Virus record (IMG/VR): IMGVR_UViG_3300027896_000023
Coordinates: 1 to 64,000 of that record
Source of the DNA: a virus
Strand: one strand, 5' to 3'
DNA: 64,000 nt
Shown: piece after piece, positions 8,899 to 18,810 of the stretch
Layout of the letters: each line of letters opens with the position of its first letter
How positions within the stretch are numbered: position 1 is the stretch's first letter
Made by a program: the position numbers and the translations under genes
Notes under the pieces: generated by a model
What the model saw: only the letters and a program-made list of their open reading frames with translations
Database searches by the model: none
Told to the model about the DNA's origin: nothing

Positions 8899-9168
8899 TT
8901 TTGGAACAGAAGGCAATGCTTGACCGCGCAATCCGTTAAGTGTAAAACGTACACTTTTGTTCCAGCGATACTCCATAACTACGCTTATGCTAATCTTCTG
9001 AACTTTGTTGCCGCCGCACACTGGGCATTTGTTTCCTCTTTGTGCACGGTGAAAAAGATAGTTACTTGCGTGTCCACGATCAGCCTGGTCTTCACAGTCT
9101 AGACACTTGTAGATGCTTTGCTTATCCCGCATTCTACGATCTACATATTCCGGTGTTTCTTCGCCCAT
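8887..9168 (-). CDS. Zn-ribbon protein
   Basis: YKCLDC...KCPVCGG. Confidence 0.6.
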   Translation of the reverse strand: MGEETPEYVDRRMRDKQSIYKCLDCEDQADRGHASNYLFHRAQRGNKCPVCGGNKVQKISISVVMEYRWNKSVRFTLNGLRGQALPSVPKLQV

Positions 9169-9366
9169 GCTGGACTCTCCATTTTTCTTTTACCGACAAC
9201 GTACATTGGCCAACCAATCAACCAAATTGCTGCAATTTCTACAATTGTAAATATCATTAACCAAAGTGGTGCACGCCTCATTTTTTCTTCGCCTCAATCT
9301 GTTCTTTTGATAACGCGATCTCTTGGCAATGGCGATGAACCAAATGGTAAAACCGTTTGAAGACAC

Positions 9367-11670
9367 TCATCCCTGGAGTCCTCCTGGAAGAACAAAGCCG
9401 TCTCCTGCACCTAAAACGTCGCCTGTGTACCCAGCTTGCAACGCCAAATTTGCAAGTAAAGTTGGCAGGTTCTCCTGGGAGATCTTGTCGTTCTGCACAC
9501 TGAAGTGCGTAACAACTACTCGTGGAACCTTCATGCGCTGCGCCTGCTTAAGAGAAGTAAGCACGCTTTGATGTCCACTGTGAAGTTGTGGGCCGTCAAC
9601 GATTGTTACTCCTGCTGCAGGTGTAGGTTCTTCATCCTTCATCATGACGTTGCCATCAATGATCCAGGTGCCTATGTTTTTCAAGTAATCATCTGGAAGA
9701 GAAGAAAAGTCTGGGCTGTAGAGAACGTCTTCCTGGAAGCTGATAGCGTATGTTTTGAATTCCTCGTGATGTTCAACTGGCAGCCAAACAACATGGCAAA
9801 CTCCGATCGCTATTGGATTCTGTGTATCAACTAGAATGATTTCGCGGTCTTTGATTTTATCAGCGATCTCAGGCAGATGCATCAGTAGATCCCGCCAGGT
9901 TTCACGATGCATGTAGATGGGCACTGCAGGATCCAGCAGGGGCAACGCCGCTGTATGATCTGGGTGACCATGGGTGATTACTGCAGCTTCAAGTTTCGTC
10001 ATGATTTTGTCGACGACAATTTGGCTGCCTAAGTCAACAAGAATATCTGTTCCAGATTCCTGGAAGATTATGCTGCTGTTATGACGGTTCTCTGTCTCGT
10101 GGCTGCCAGCTGTTCCAAGAAATCTTATGTTCCAATCATCCTGCTTACGCATTGGATTCACAGGCGGTCTATCTGAAGGAAGAACATTACCGGTCTTTGG
10201 GTCTTTGCGGTGGCCTGGCCAGAAGAACCCTTCCTTCTCAGCTGGCTTCTTTTCTGGTGCATAACCATACTGCAAAGGGCTAGGTTCTTTCATGTTTTGT
10301 TCCAGCGAAGGCGGCAACAGTTCGCCTCCGCCCATATTGTTTACGCCGATGATTCCTCCTGGCGCTAAACTGTAGCCTCCGGACTTCATGATCTCGGACT
10401 TATGCAGCGGTAGCCCTCGGCTATCAAGTTCACGCACGATCGCGTCATGCAGTTCCTTGATTGTTGCACGGTCAAAACGAAACGGCTGCCCCTGTTTTGT
10501 AGCGTTCCACCATTGATGAACCGTTATATGGTCTTCCATAAGAGTAAGACTTGACAACTTATGCGGATCATAGTTGTCGACGTTGGCCATGTGTTCTAGA
10601 CTTGCAGGTGCAGATTCAGGACTATAGACGTTTGTCATAACGCCTTCAGATGTTCGCCCTGGAAAAAAATTGCCGGGAAAATCCGCTGCGTCAGAAGAAT
10701 ATTTTTTGATAAAGCTTTTCTGGAATGCTATATCCTGCAGCACAGTTGGTTCAAACGTAGATGTGTCAGCTAAGATTATGTCTGCAGGTATCTTTCCAAC
10801 GATGAAAGCAGCATGTGGAATCTCGTTCTTGTGGATCCAGTTGACTGTCATCTCATAATAGCGGCTGTCTCGATCAGTAAACAAGATAAGTGTACCTGCC
10901 TTGCTGATTTCATGGAGAGTTTCTCGGACTCCAGGTGCAACTTCAGCTTTTAAGTAGGACTCTGGCAGTGAAAGAGACGTGTCTCTCTTAGCTACAGCTG
11001 TATCTATGTTGACTGCTATGGTTAATTCAGATGAGTTGTTAACCCATTTAGGCGTTGGAAAGAAAACTTTGACGCCTCTTGGGTACTCATACTCCAAAGG
11101 TACATCAAATTTACATAGAATCTGAAAGGCGTAGGCGTAAAGCACTGTGTTTTCTGGCCAGAACTTCTTTCTTTCATCCATTGTTAGGCAATGTTTACCT
11201 ATGCTTTTCTGGAAGTCATTGTCAGTTATGGTGTGCACATCAGTTAATTTGATTACACCATAGATGTAGTTGACGTCTCCGTAGTATAATGCCTTGTTTA
11301 GCATGCCAGTATAGCTTCTACCCTTAACTATGAGGGTTTTTTCACCCTTCCAGATGCGTTCTGCAGCAGGCGCAGGCAGATAAAGACTCTTCGCAGCGAT
11401 CTGTTCAGCACTATTTCGCAGTCCCTGGACCGTTACAGCGTTCACTGGAATGCCATCTAAGTCGTCTTTTACCTCATGTAACATGCCTCTATGGCCTATT
11501 TCGGATACCAAAAGGCTGTGGTAATCCACTAAATCCACTATACTCCAGTCTGAAACCGCCTCCGGAGTCTCCCTTTTACGCATAAAAAGGGCATGTGCCA
11601 GTGCATGATCGAACACAAGTTGCTTATCATCCAATCTTCCTGGCACGGAAGACTGAGTAGAGGCGGTCAA
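9367..11670 (-). CDS. Multidomain protein: ASCH/PUA-like, degenerate HAD-like and metallo-beta-lactamase-fold (RNase Z/PhnP-like) domains
   Basis: AERIWKGEKTLIVK...IYGVIKL; PGVRETL..ILFTDR..NWI.KNEIP; FLGTAGS, THGHPDH, YSPD, GH, THFS. Confidence 0.75.
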   Translation of the reverse strand: MTASTQSSVPGRLDDKQLVFDHALAHALFMRKRETPEAVSDWSIVDLVDYHSLLVSEIGHRGMLHEVKDDLDGIPVNAVTVQGLRNSAEQIAAKSLYLPAPAAERIWKGEKTLIVKGRSYTGMLNKALYYGDVNYIYGVIKLTDVHTITDNDFQKSIGKHCLTMDERKKFWPENTVLYAYAFQILCKFDVPLEYEYPRGVKVFFPTPKWVNNSSELTIAVNIDTAVAKRDTSLSLPESYLKAEVAPGVRETLHEISKAGTLILFTDRDSRYYEMTVNWIHKNEIPHAAFIVGKIPADIILADTSTFEPTVLQDIAFQKSFIKKYSSDAADFPGNFFPGRTSEGVMTNVYSPESAPASLEHMANVDNYDPHKLSSLTLMEDHITVHQWWNATKQGQPFRFDRATIKELHDAIVRELDSRGLPLHKSEIMKSGGYSLAPGGIIGVNNMGGGELLPPSLEQNMKEPSPLQYGYAPEKKPAEKEGFFWPGHRKDPKTGNVLPSDRPPVNPMRKQDDWNIRFLGTAGSHETENRHNSSIIFQESGTDILVDLGSQIVVDKIMTKLEAAVITHGHPDHTAALPLLDPAVPIYMHRETWRDLLMHLPEIADKIKDREIILVDTQNPIAIGVCHVVWLPVEHHEEFKTYAISFQEDVLYSPDFSSLPDDYLKNIGTWIIDGNVMMKDEEPTPAAGVTIVDGPQLHSGHQSVLTSLKQAQRMKVPRVVVTHFSVQNDKISQENLPTLLANLALQAGYTGDVLGAGDGFVLPGGLQG

Positions 11671-11674
11671 AAGA

Positions 11675-13426
11675 CTATGCCCTCCGGCTTAAGTCCTCTT
11701 TTTCCGTAGAATCCAGTGGGTTGATCCATTTGTTTGTGTGCATTAAGCCGTATACCCTGGATACATCTGACTTGTATGCTTCTCCCTGGTCTCCAGCTGG
11801 CTTCGGCGCATACGCACCTGTTCTTTCCCGCAGCATTCCTGTAGCTTCAGACTCAATCGGCATGCCTTCTGCTTTACTGGGCGGCCCAAAACCCTTCGGG
11901 CTGGTTGCTTGAGGGGCACGTCCCATGCCAGAAACCTCAATATCCCCATGATCGTTGAGGCGCACGTCGAATCCTGCTTTAAGCCAGGTGAAAGCTGTAT
12001 TTGCTTTGACCTGTCCAATCTGTGCCAGGCGTACATCGTCTCGTAGCTCGAGTGTATTGAAGTGTAGATGCCAGTCTGTGATTGTGAAAGCTGGGAAAAC
12101 TCTGTGGTTCATGAGGTCTTCGCGGTTTTTATGGTGTTCCCGGATGGCGCGGTCTTGCACAGTGACCTGCATCATTGGTGTAGTGCCTGATTTTCCGTCG
12201 ACTGATCCTGTGAATATGGGCATAACGCTGTAGACACTGGCAATTGCCGCCTGCCAGATCTTGTAGTAGTCAATTGACTGCATCCGTTTGAAGTCTTCCA
12301 TGACTTTTGTAACTTGAATCTTCTCTTTGCTGCCAATCATCATGGTGCGAACTTTCTTTGTGGTGCGGAAACGCCGTAGAACAGGGTCATAAACGCGTTT
12401 CTTCATTGCCTCGTTCTCGAATTGATCCATGATTTCGTTTACTTCTTCCTGTTCATGCCCAGGGAAGTTCACTATGCTGCCCAATTTGCCTTCAGTATAG
12501 AGATCCAAGTTGAAGTCATCCATTGCCTGGATGGTTATGAGGATCTTCCAGAGGCTGATGATCTTGCTTTCAGCGTAGATGTTGGGTAAAATGCGGTCTT
12601 CACCTGCATGAATGATCTCGTCTTTGGTGAAGCGTGCTTTGATGGCGCCACCGATGCGTTGAACGTAAGCTGTTTTCTCCAAGGCTTTACCGCAGATCGG
12701 GCAATCTACCTGTGGCGCCGTGTACACCAGATCAGGCCGCCAGCAATCTGGACAAAAAAGCTGCTTTGGATCACCCAGGTGCCCTTTGTCATCTGCAACA
12801 GCACGCATGTACCGGGGATCTTCAACGTTCAGTTCCGATGGAATCTTGATGAAATCGTTAGGAAACTCCGGGTCTGAAACATACTTATAACTTATACTTA
12901 GAAAGTAGTTGCTAAGCGCCAGGTCATAGGCTAAAGTTGAATACATCAATTGATAGAATGTGATGTCTTCTGCAGGACGCGTAATCAACTGCAGGGCGCG
13001 ATCGTATTGTTCGGGGCTGGGACGCCGCAGCGGTCCACCGCAGACTACAGGTGTAGCTAATGGATTAGAAGGATCCTGGATCTCCTGGGTGCATTTGCCT
13101 TCACTTTTAACTGGCCAATCTCTGTATTCTTTGCCGCAGGACATACATTTGCCAGCGAACGCAGGTTCAATAGTCCAACCTGGACTCAGCGTCTCCCGGA
13201 TGATTGCGTTAAAAGTACGTTTCAAAACCCAGTTTGTACGTGCAACAAGCATCAATTCCTCAAAATTGTAGAGGGGTTCACGTATCATGTACTGGGGCAT
13301 CCACGAGAATTCGGGGATGACCGTGCGATCATGCTTCTGTATTGACTGCATAAAAGGATCTATTCTTTCGAATGCAGTTTCCGATTTTCTTATGACCTGA
13401 GTTTCTTGTCCTATATCCCACGGCAT
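11675..13426 (-). CDS. Portal protein with Zn-ribbon insertions
   Basis: Between TerL and protease; FTKDEIIH and IASVYSVMPIF portal-like motifs; extra CxxC pairs. Confidence 0.85.
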   Translation of the reverse strand: MPWDIGQETQVIRKSETAFERIDPFMQSIQKHDRTVIPEFSWMPQYMIREPLYNFEELMLVARTNWVLKRTFNAIIRETLSPGWTIEPAFAGKCMSCGKEYRDWPVKSEGKCTQEIQDPSNPLATPVVCGGPLRRPSPEQYDRALQLITRPAEDITFYQLMYSTLAYDLALSNYFLSISYKYVSDPEFPNDFIKIPSELNVEDPRYMRAVADDKGHLGDPKQLFCPDCWRPDLVYTAPQVDCPICGKALEKTAYVQRIGGAIKARFTKDEIIHAGEDRILPNIYAESKIISLWKILITIQAMDDFNLDLYTEGKLGSIVNFPGHEQEEVNEIMDQFENEAMKKRVYDPVLRRFRTTKKVRTMMIGSKEKIQVTKVMEDFKRMQSIDYYKIWQAAIASVYSVMPIFTGSVDGKSGTTPMMQVTVQDRAIREHHKNREDLMNHRVFPAFTITDWHLHFNTLELRDDVRLAQIGQVKANTAFTWLKAGFDVRLNDHGDIEVSGMGRAPQATSPKGFGPPSKAEGMPIESEATGMLRERTGAYAPKPAGDQGEAYKSDVSRVYGLMHTNKWINPLDSTEKEDLSRRA

Positions 13427-13431
13427 TTAGT

Positions 13432-13611
13432 TTACGCTCCTGGTTTTACTTCTGGTTTGTCAACGGTGATTTTGACTTCTTGGAGATCTATGGTGTCGGA
13501 GATGTCTTTACCGTTGATGTAAATGTGAAGTCTTGTTCCTTTCACGTTGCTGCCTAACACACGGATTTGCTTGAGTGTACTGTTAGCGTAGAAAATTTCG
13601 TCCTCAATCAT
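13432..13611 (-). CDS. Small hypothetical protein (MIEDEIFYANST..., 59 aa)
   Basis: ATGA overlap with 13608-14054; fills the gap to the portal gene. Confidence 0.55.
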   Translation of the reverse strand: MIEDEIFYANSTLKQIRVLGSNVKGTRLHIYINGKDISDTIDLQEVKITVDKPEVKPGA

Positions 13612-14054
13612 ATTCTACTCACCTTCACTAGCCGTTTGGCTGCTTCAATTTTTGCCTCGGCATGTTGTCTCTCGACACTGCTGCGCCGGGCATTATCAAT
13701 CTGAGTCATTTGTTCAACTATCTTCTCTAGATCCTTCAATGGGTTAGGCCGTGGATCATCATTGCCAAGCATCATGCGTTTGTTTGCTGCTTGCTGCCTG
13801 CCGTCCAGTCGACGTGGCTGCCGATTAAAAACCATGCATAAACCGCAAACAGGGCACTTGTGTTCGAATTCGCTTTGCATGTCCCTGGTACCGATTCCCT
13901 GCAGGGTACCACAGTTTTGGCATCGAAAGTTAGCTACTCTGTTGTCTTTTTTGCTTGGGGCAAGAATGTTCCAACCGCCAGTTTGGGACAACGCGTTACT
14001 TAAACGTAAGTCATGCTGAATTGGCTTTGGCCCTTTTATGTAAATTTCTTTCAA
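13608..14054 (-). CDS. Zn-ribbon protein
   Basis: FRCQNCG...KCPVCG. Confidence 0.65.
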   Translation of the reverse strand: MKEIYIKGPKPIQHDLRLSNALSQTGGWNILAPSKKDNRVANFRCQNCGTLQGIGTRDMQSEFEHKCPVCGLCMVFNRQPRRLDGRQQAANKRMMLGNDDPRPNPLKDLEKIVEQMTQIDNARRSSVERQHAEAKIEAAKRLVKVSRI

Positions 14055-15610
14055 TAGTCAACAGCTCGTATGCTTATTTTAACAGGAGGCTTAAGTAAGC
14101 ATCGGAGAAGTAAACCTAAACTTTTGGGGAAGTCATCATGGCGGTCTTGTCCTTTAGGCGCTTTTGTCTTTAGCATGTTGCCGTTCCAATGTTTCTCCAG
14201 GTCGCAACATTCTGATAGGAACATGTCTCGGTACTTGCGCATTTGCACGCCGCCCATAGCTTCGCATTCTTCTTTGCTTGGGAAATCAAAGAGGCCCTCT
14301 TTAACTGCGGTAACCAAGAGTTTGCTGTTTATGTCGTCTTCCATAGCCAGGTTTGTTTTTACTCCGTCGATTTTCACACGGACTCCGCCTTCTTTCTCCC
14401 GGAGGCTTTTACGTAGAAGATCCATTGTGGGGTCACCTACACCTGCAGAATCCATAAGAACTGAAGATGCGCCGTTGTCAATCAGTGCCTGGGCGATTGC
14501 GTCAACTTGGTCAGTGTAGTCGTCGCCTTCAAACACGATCCACTTGACCACGTGGATAACTTCGCCTTCTCTCCAGCCAAGTGTGAAGACACTGCGGTCA
14601 AGAGATTTCGCTACGTCCCAGCCGCCGCCGACGACAAACATTGGTCTGCCATCTACGATTGGAAGAATAACAGGGTGCTTACGTGACAGATCAACTAGGT
14701 CTTCCAGGATGCAGAGTTTGTCAACTCCCAAACGCCATTCGCAACCATACTGTGTACGGAAGGCAATGCTGTCTATGCCAAGCTTGTCAATCATTTCTTC
14801 GCAGTAAGCCTTGTACTTTGGATTGAACTCTTGGGCTTCAGTGTAGACCACACGAAGATACCTTGGGCCTTCTTCACGTTTGGTGCAGGCATCATAGAAG
14901 TATGTGTTGATAACTTCGTTCTTAGGTGTGCCATCCAATATCCTGGCGCCACCTACTGCGGCAGCCATAGGAAAAACGTCGTTAGTCATCTTCATAGGAT
15001 CCACGTCTTCTGACTGTTCGATAATGATAAGGTTCAAAGTTTCCGACGTGATGTTTGCGTCTGGGCTGATGCTGAAGCAGCGGACCCGAAAATCATATTC
15101 GTCTCCTTCCCTGGTACGGTGTTGCAGAATGAAAAGTTCAGAACCTAATCCTTCACCGACAACAAGGCGAACACCAAAGATCTGGAGAACGCGCCTGGCG
15201 CCATTGCAACGTTTCCGCAGCCGTTCCTTCACCGTGAGGATTGTTTGGGTTGCTGCAGGCGCAAAAATTCCTACACGAAAATTCTTCTTTTTAACTCGGC
15301 AGTAATAGATGGCCAGAACGATTAAGCTGATGACAACTGCTTCTGTTTTGCCGCTTTGCCTGCACTGGTTTACTATGCCTTCTTCGCCTTTCATGGCAGT
15401 GGCTAATTCCAAAATAAGATCGGAAACTCGGTTTTGATAAGGATACAAGCCGTCAGGTAAATCATTGCGGAGGAAAGTTAAAACTACGTACCGAATGGCC
15501 CTGCAGCATTCGGTAGGCGATATTCCGCTGTTGTCAAGTATTGACTGCAGGTTGTTCAACAGTACAGTTTGTTGTTGACTCAGCTGGTTTTTTCTCCTTG
15601 GTCGTTTCAA
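14051..15610 (-). CDS. terL: Terminase large subunit
   Basis: LYPYQ, Walker A RQSGKT, atypical Walker B LIIIEQSE, RNase H GWDVAKSLD, HDD. Confidence 0.9.
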   Translation of the reverse strand: MKRPRRKNQLSQQQTVLLNNLQSILDNSGISPTECCRAIRYVVLTFLRNDLPDGLYPYQNRVSDLILELATAMKGEEGIVNQCRQSGKTEAVVISLIVLAIYYCRVKKKNFRVGIFAPAATQTILTVKERLRKRCNGARRVLQIFGVRLVVGEGLGSELFILQHRTREGDEYDFRVRCFSISPDANITSETLNLIIIEQSEDVDPMKMTNDVFPMAAAVGGARILDGTPKNEVINTYFYDACTKREEGPRYLRVVYTEAQEFNPKYKAYCEEMIDKLGIDSIAFRTQYGCEWRLGVDKLCILEDLVDLSRKHPVILPIVDGRPMFVVGGGWDVAKSLDRSVFTLGWREGEVIHVVKWIVFEGDDYTDQVDAIAQALIDNGASSVLMDSAGVGDPTMDLLRKSLREKEGGVRVKIDGVKTNLAMEDDINSKLLVTAVKEGLFDFPSKEECEAMGGVQMRKYRDMFLSECCDLEKHWNGNMLKTKAPKGQDRHDDFPKSLGLLLRCLLKPPVKISIRAVDY

Positions 15611-16124
15611 CTATTGTGCCAATCATCTTGGCTATGTCTTCGTCACTGCCTCCAGCAACGCCGCCGCTGTTTGGTGCTACACATTTACGTATGCCCATGC
15701 GCATTTCAAGTTCAGCCAGGTCGCTGGCTAATTCACGAAGAACTTCAAGCGCTTTATCTGTGGAAGTGAATGTTTTCTCAGAAGACTTCTCTTTATTCAC
15801 CATCATGCCAAGACGCGCTTTCTGCATGACAATGCCTTCAGCTAAAGTTTTGAGGGCATCCACTTGTTCAGGTAAATCTTTCAAGAAATTTCTGTATTGA
15901 TTAAGTCCCTGATGGATGTTTTTCGTTAACAAACGCCGCATATACCTGCGAACTGAATCATCTGAGATCTTAATTTTCTCTTCTGCGCGGAGTAACGACG
16001 CAATTTTTTCAGCTGACTCCCCTCTTTCTGCAGCCTGATCGATCAAATCACGTACAATCTGGGGCAAAAGTTCAATTTTGCTGTGACGTTTAGGCTTTTT
16101 TGTTAGAGTGGACACAAGAATCAC
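15534..16124 (-). CDS. Putative terminase small subunit (DUF3486/Mu gp27-like HTH)
   Basis: RHSKIELLPQIVRDLID...ISDDSVRRY; directly upstream of TerL. Confidence 0.7.
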   Translation of the reverse strand: MILVSTLTKKPKRHSKIELLPQIVRDLIDQAAERGESAEKIASLLRAEEKIKISDDSVRRYMRRLLTKNIHQGLNQYRNFLKDLPEQVDALKTLAEGIVMQKARLGMMVNKEKSSEKTFTSTDKALEVLRELASDLAELEMRMGIRKCVAPNSGGVAGGSDEDIAKMIGTIVETTKEKKPAESTTNCTVEQPAVNT

Positions 16125-16237
16125 TATTTATAAACCTACTTAGTGGGAGACATCATAAAACTTTTGCGGTGTAACAAACAGTCAAACGTACGTTTCAGCA
16201 TAAAACTCAAAAGCAAAAGTACACATAACTGAGTTGA

Positions 16238-16303
16238 GGCTGGTCTAGTTGGGCATTTAAGCCATGAAATACCCCTCCGAGTTGTTAACGCCCTAGACCA
16301 GCC
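16238..16303. repeat. Long inverted repeat/hairpin upstream of TerS
   Basis: GGCTGGTCTAG (16238) pairs with CTAGACCAGCC (to 16303); inner GGGC/GCCC and TTAA arms. Confidence 0.75.
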
Positions 16304-16341
16304 GTAAAAAAACTTATAAACACAGACAAACCATTACTGAA

Positions 16342-16676
16342 TTGGCTTAACCATCCACTCCTGGAGAGAGGAGAAGGTCGAGACACTTACACAAGCCGAC
16401 AAGCAATTGTTGGTACAGGGAAGTTGGACACCGATGAGTGTCCCTCAACAACGACTTGTGTCATGATTGCACCTTTGGGGGGCTGGATCGATTGAGACCA
16501 CGTGTTCAAGCGCACTTCCGCCAGTATGCCGCAAGGCAAACAGGTCTGGCCAACGCTAACTTCGGCGTAAATGAGTTGCAGACACGCGGCGCAGCAGCGA
16601 TCAGTTCAACTACGGCCGCCAGAACTATCGACTCTGGCAACTCGTCAGCTGAGTCATAAGCTGCAAACAGCCCCCC
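16342..16676 (+). ncRNA. Candidate structured ncRNA (~340 nt), family unknown
   Basis: TATA-like CTTATAAA at ~16313; many nested helices, a GCAA tetraloop, GGGGGGCTG/CAGCCCCCC closing stem. Confidence 0.55.
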
Positions 16677-16732
16677 TAACTATCAATACGTTCTGAAGCA
16701 ACACGTAAAAGCAGAGTTCCATTGTGATTTGT

Positions 16733-16873
16733 ATGGATCAAAGATTAGTAAAATGCACCCGATGTTTGAGGCTATATATTTTTCCGGAGACAACCGCAGG
16801 TGTATGCCCCAGTTGTGGACACCCAGGGTTTATAGTATCATATCCTAAATCTACAGCTGTAGATAAGCCATAA
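16733..16873 (+). CDS. CPxCG Zn-finger microprotein (46 aa)
   Basis: MDQRLVKCTRC...VCPSCGHPG. Confidence 0.55.
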   Translation: MDQRLVKCTRCLRLYIFPETTAGVCPSCGHPGFIVSYPKSTAVDKP

Positions 16874-17023
16874 AGCATTTAAACGTAAAAGTACATATTT
16901 TACGTTATGAACTGCCATGAACAAACCACGCAAGAGAATCAAGAAAGAACAGTTCACTCCGCCAATCCGGGAATTGGAAGAGTCAAGTTTTGAAGAAGTA
17001 GCCCTGATGATCGGCTTCGACCA

Positions 17024-17386
17024 TTAGCTTGGACGTCGCAGCAACCATTTTCCGTTTGTACTTAACTTGTAATCGTATCCCCCACACTGCGTCCATTCAC
17101 CGCAATGTTCAGCCACAATCTTCGTTAACTTCGGATCCGACTCTGCTAGGCATATTTCATCGCCGTAAGTTCCACGGCGCCACTCAGGCTTCGCATCCTC
17201 AACGGGTGCGCCACTATCCAGTTTTTCATGAAACTTTCTCCATTTATCTTCATGCAAAGTACCAAAAGTATCCAGGTGCTTCTTAAGATCATGAGGCGTC
17301 AAAAAAAGGCAGGGGCAACCTGGACACTTATAAAACACTGGCGGACCATTCTTTTCATCATTTGTCACAGTCAGGCTTAGGCACAT
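17024..17386 (-). CDS. C2H2 Zn-finger protein
   Basis: YKCPGCPCLFLTPHDLKKH. Confidence 0.65.
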   Translation of the reverse strand: MCLSLTVTNDEKNGPPVFYKCPGCPCLFLTPHDLKKHLDTFGTLHEDKWRKFHEKLDSGAPVEDAKPEWRRGTYGDEICLAESDPKLTKIVAEHCGEWTQCGGYDYKLSTNGKWLLRRPS

Positions 17387-17852
17387 CCAAAGTTCTCATG
17401 AAAGTATCCATCGGGTCTCCTTCATCTACAGATGCAGTCCTTGGGCGATGCGCCTCTTCGATGTGGCGCTGAAGTAACTCGTCTGCATGACGCTGCATCT
17501 CCCATTTATTGTATCCCAGTACAGTTTTTTTCCAGCTACATTCAGGGCACGACACCGTAAGATCCTCCAGTTTAGGAATTACCTGTTGAGGTCTACGTGC
17601 TGCTTCTTGCTGTTCGGCTGCGCCAGGACGATAAGGTGGTGGTGTATAGGCAGTTGAAGGATTAAATCGACGTGGATCTATAGCGGTAGATCCGAACTGT
17701 GCGCCTTCAAACATTTCAGCCCAGGATCCTCTTTGGAAAGGCTGCCGTACACGAGAGATTCCCCTTTCTTCGTCATGTATCTGTTGTTCCCTAAGTCGAC
17801 GCAGCCGTTCAGCATTATCTTCGCGCACACGTGAATAATCGGGATAACTCAT
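17358..17852 (-). CDS. C2H2-like Zn-finger protein
   Basis: CPEC...LQRHIEEAH. Confidence 0.6.
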   Translation of the reverse strand: MSYPDYSRVREDNAERLRRLREQQIHDEERGISRVRQPFQRGSWAEMFEGAQFGSTAIDPRRFNPSTAYTPPPYRPGAAEQQEAARRPQQVIPKLEDLTVSCPECSWKKTVLGYNKWEMQRHADELLQRHIEEAHRPRTASVDEGDPMDTFMRTLDVPKPDCDK

Positions 17853-17920
17853 AGCGGTTGTAATATGTCAGAGAAGATAAAAGATTTTTGGTTAAACCGC
17901 AAAGTACATACTTTCACTTG

Positions 17921-17940
17921 CAGAACACTTAAAAACATAG
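17921..17940 (+). promoter_or_regulatory. Late-promoter copy CAGAACACTTAAAAACATAG
   Basis: 19/20 match to 7791-7810; 30 nt upstream of 17970. Confidence 0.7.
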
Positions 17941-17969
17941 CGCATCGAGTAGTTTTTCAGTGAACAAAC

Positions 17970-18809
17970 ATGGACACGCTAATATACTATGTTTTAGCTG
18001 GCCTCTACCTCGGCGGATTATTCTTCACTTTCGGCAAATACCTATTCAAACTGAAAAATACTCCAGACATCAAGTTCAACCACACCTACCTCTTAACCAT
18101 GTTGCTAAGCATGGTTGCCACCGTTGGCTTAACTCCACTGTTCTTTGTCCCTGGACTACACATGATTGACAACACACTCGGCGTCGGCGCCATAGCTTTA
18201 AGCGGAATCGTTGGGTTCTGCGCAGGCTTCACAGCAAACGCCATACTCAACATACCAGTAGCATACTTCGTCAACAAAATGGCACAGTACGAAGACACAC
18301 TCAAAACAGCTAACCTACCATCGCCGCTACCAGTAAAAATCAAGTCACCGATCGGAACAGTCGACGTACACAAATTCATCGAAGCCATCGTCATCGTAGT
18401 TTTAATCATCGCGTTATGCGGAGTTTCAGTTTTTGCAGCAGTCACCTACCAAGCATCAATATCTGGTTCAGGAAGCATCACAGGCGTTGGAGTCACAGTG
18501 TACTCGGATGCAGCGGGACAAGTAAACTTGAACTCAATAAGCTGGGGCAACATAAACCCAGGCGGATCAGTCTCAACAACAATCTACATAAAAAGCACAT
18601 CAAACACGCCAGTCGTACTGTCACTATCAAGCAACGGATGGACACCTGCAGCAGCATCAGGATACCTAACACTCAGCTGGGATTACAACAGCGTAGCAGT
18701 ACAACCAGGACAAATCGTGAAAGTAGTCTTAACATTAGCAGCTTCAAGCACAGCAACACCGGGAACAAACTTCAGCTTCAACTGCGTCATAACCGCGACG
18801 TCAGGCTAA
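17970..18809 (+). CDS. Membrane protein with a C-terminal Bathyarchaeia-type Ig-like (TasA/pilin-like) domain
   Basis: Four hydrophobic segments; ISWGNINPGG...YIKSTSNTPVVLSL...LTLSWDY...FSFNCVITA resembles a family I recall from Bathyarchaeia. Confidence 0.65.
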   Translation: MDTLIYYVLAGLYLGGLFFTFGKYLFKLKNTPDIKFNHTYLLTMLLSMVATVGLTPLFFVPGLHMIDNTLGVGAIALSGIVGFCAGFTANAILNIPVAYFVNKMAQYEDTLKTANLPSPLPVKIKSPIGTVDVHKFIEAIVIVVLIIALCGVSVFAAVTYQASISGSGSITGVGVTVYSDAAGQVNLNSISWGNINPGGSVSTTIYIKSTSNTPVVLSLSSNGWTPAAASGYLTLSWDYNSVAVQPGQIVKVVLTLAASSTATPGTNFSFNCVITATSG

Positions 18810-18810
18810 A

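Noticed and set aside
16426-16443. Hammerhead ribozyme core
   Set aside because: CCGATGA rather than CTGANGA, it lies in a simple hairpin loop, and there is no matching GAAA arm
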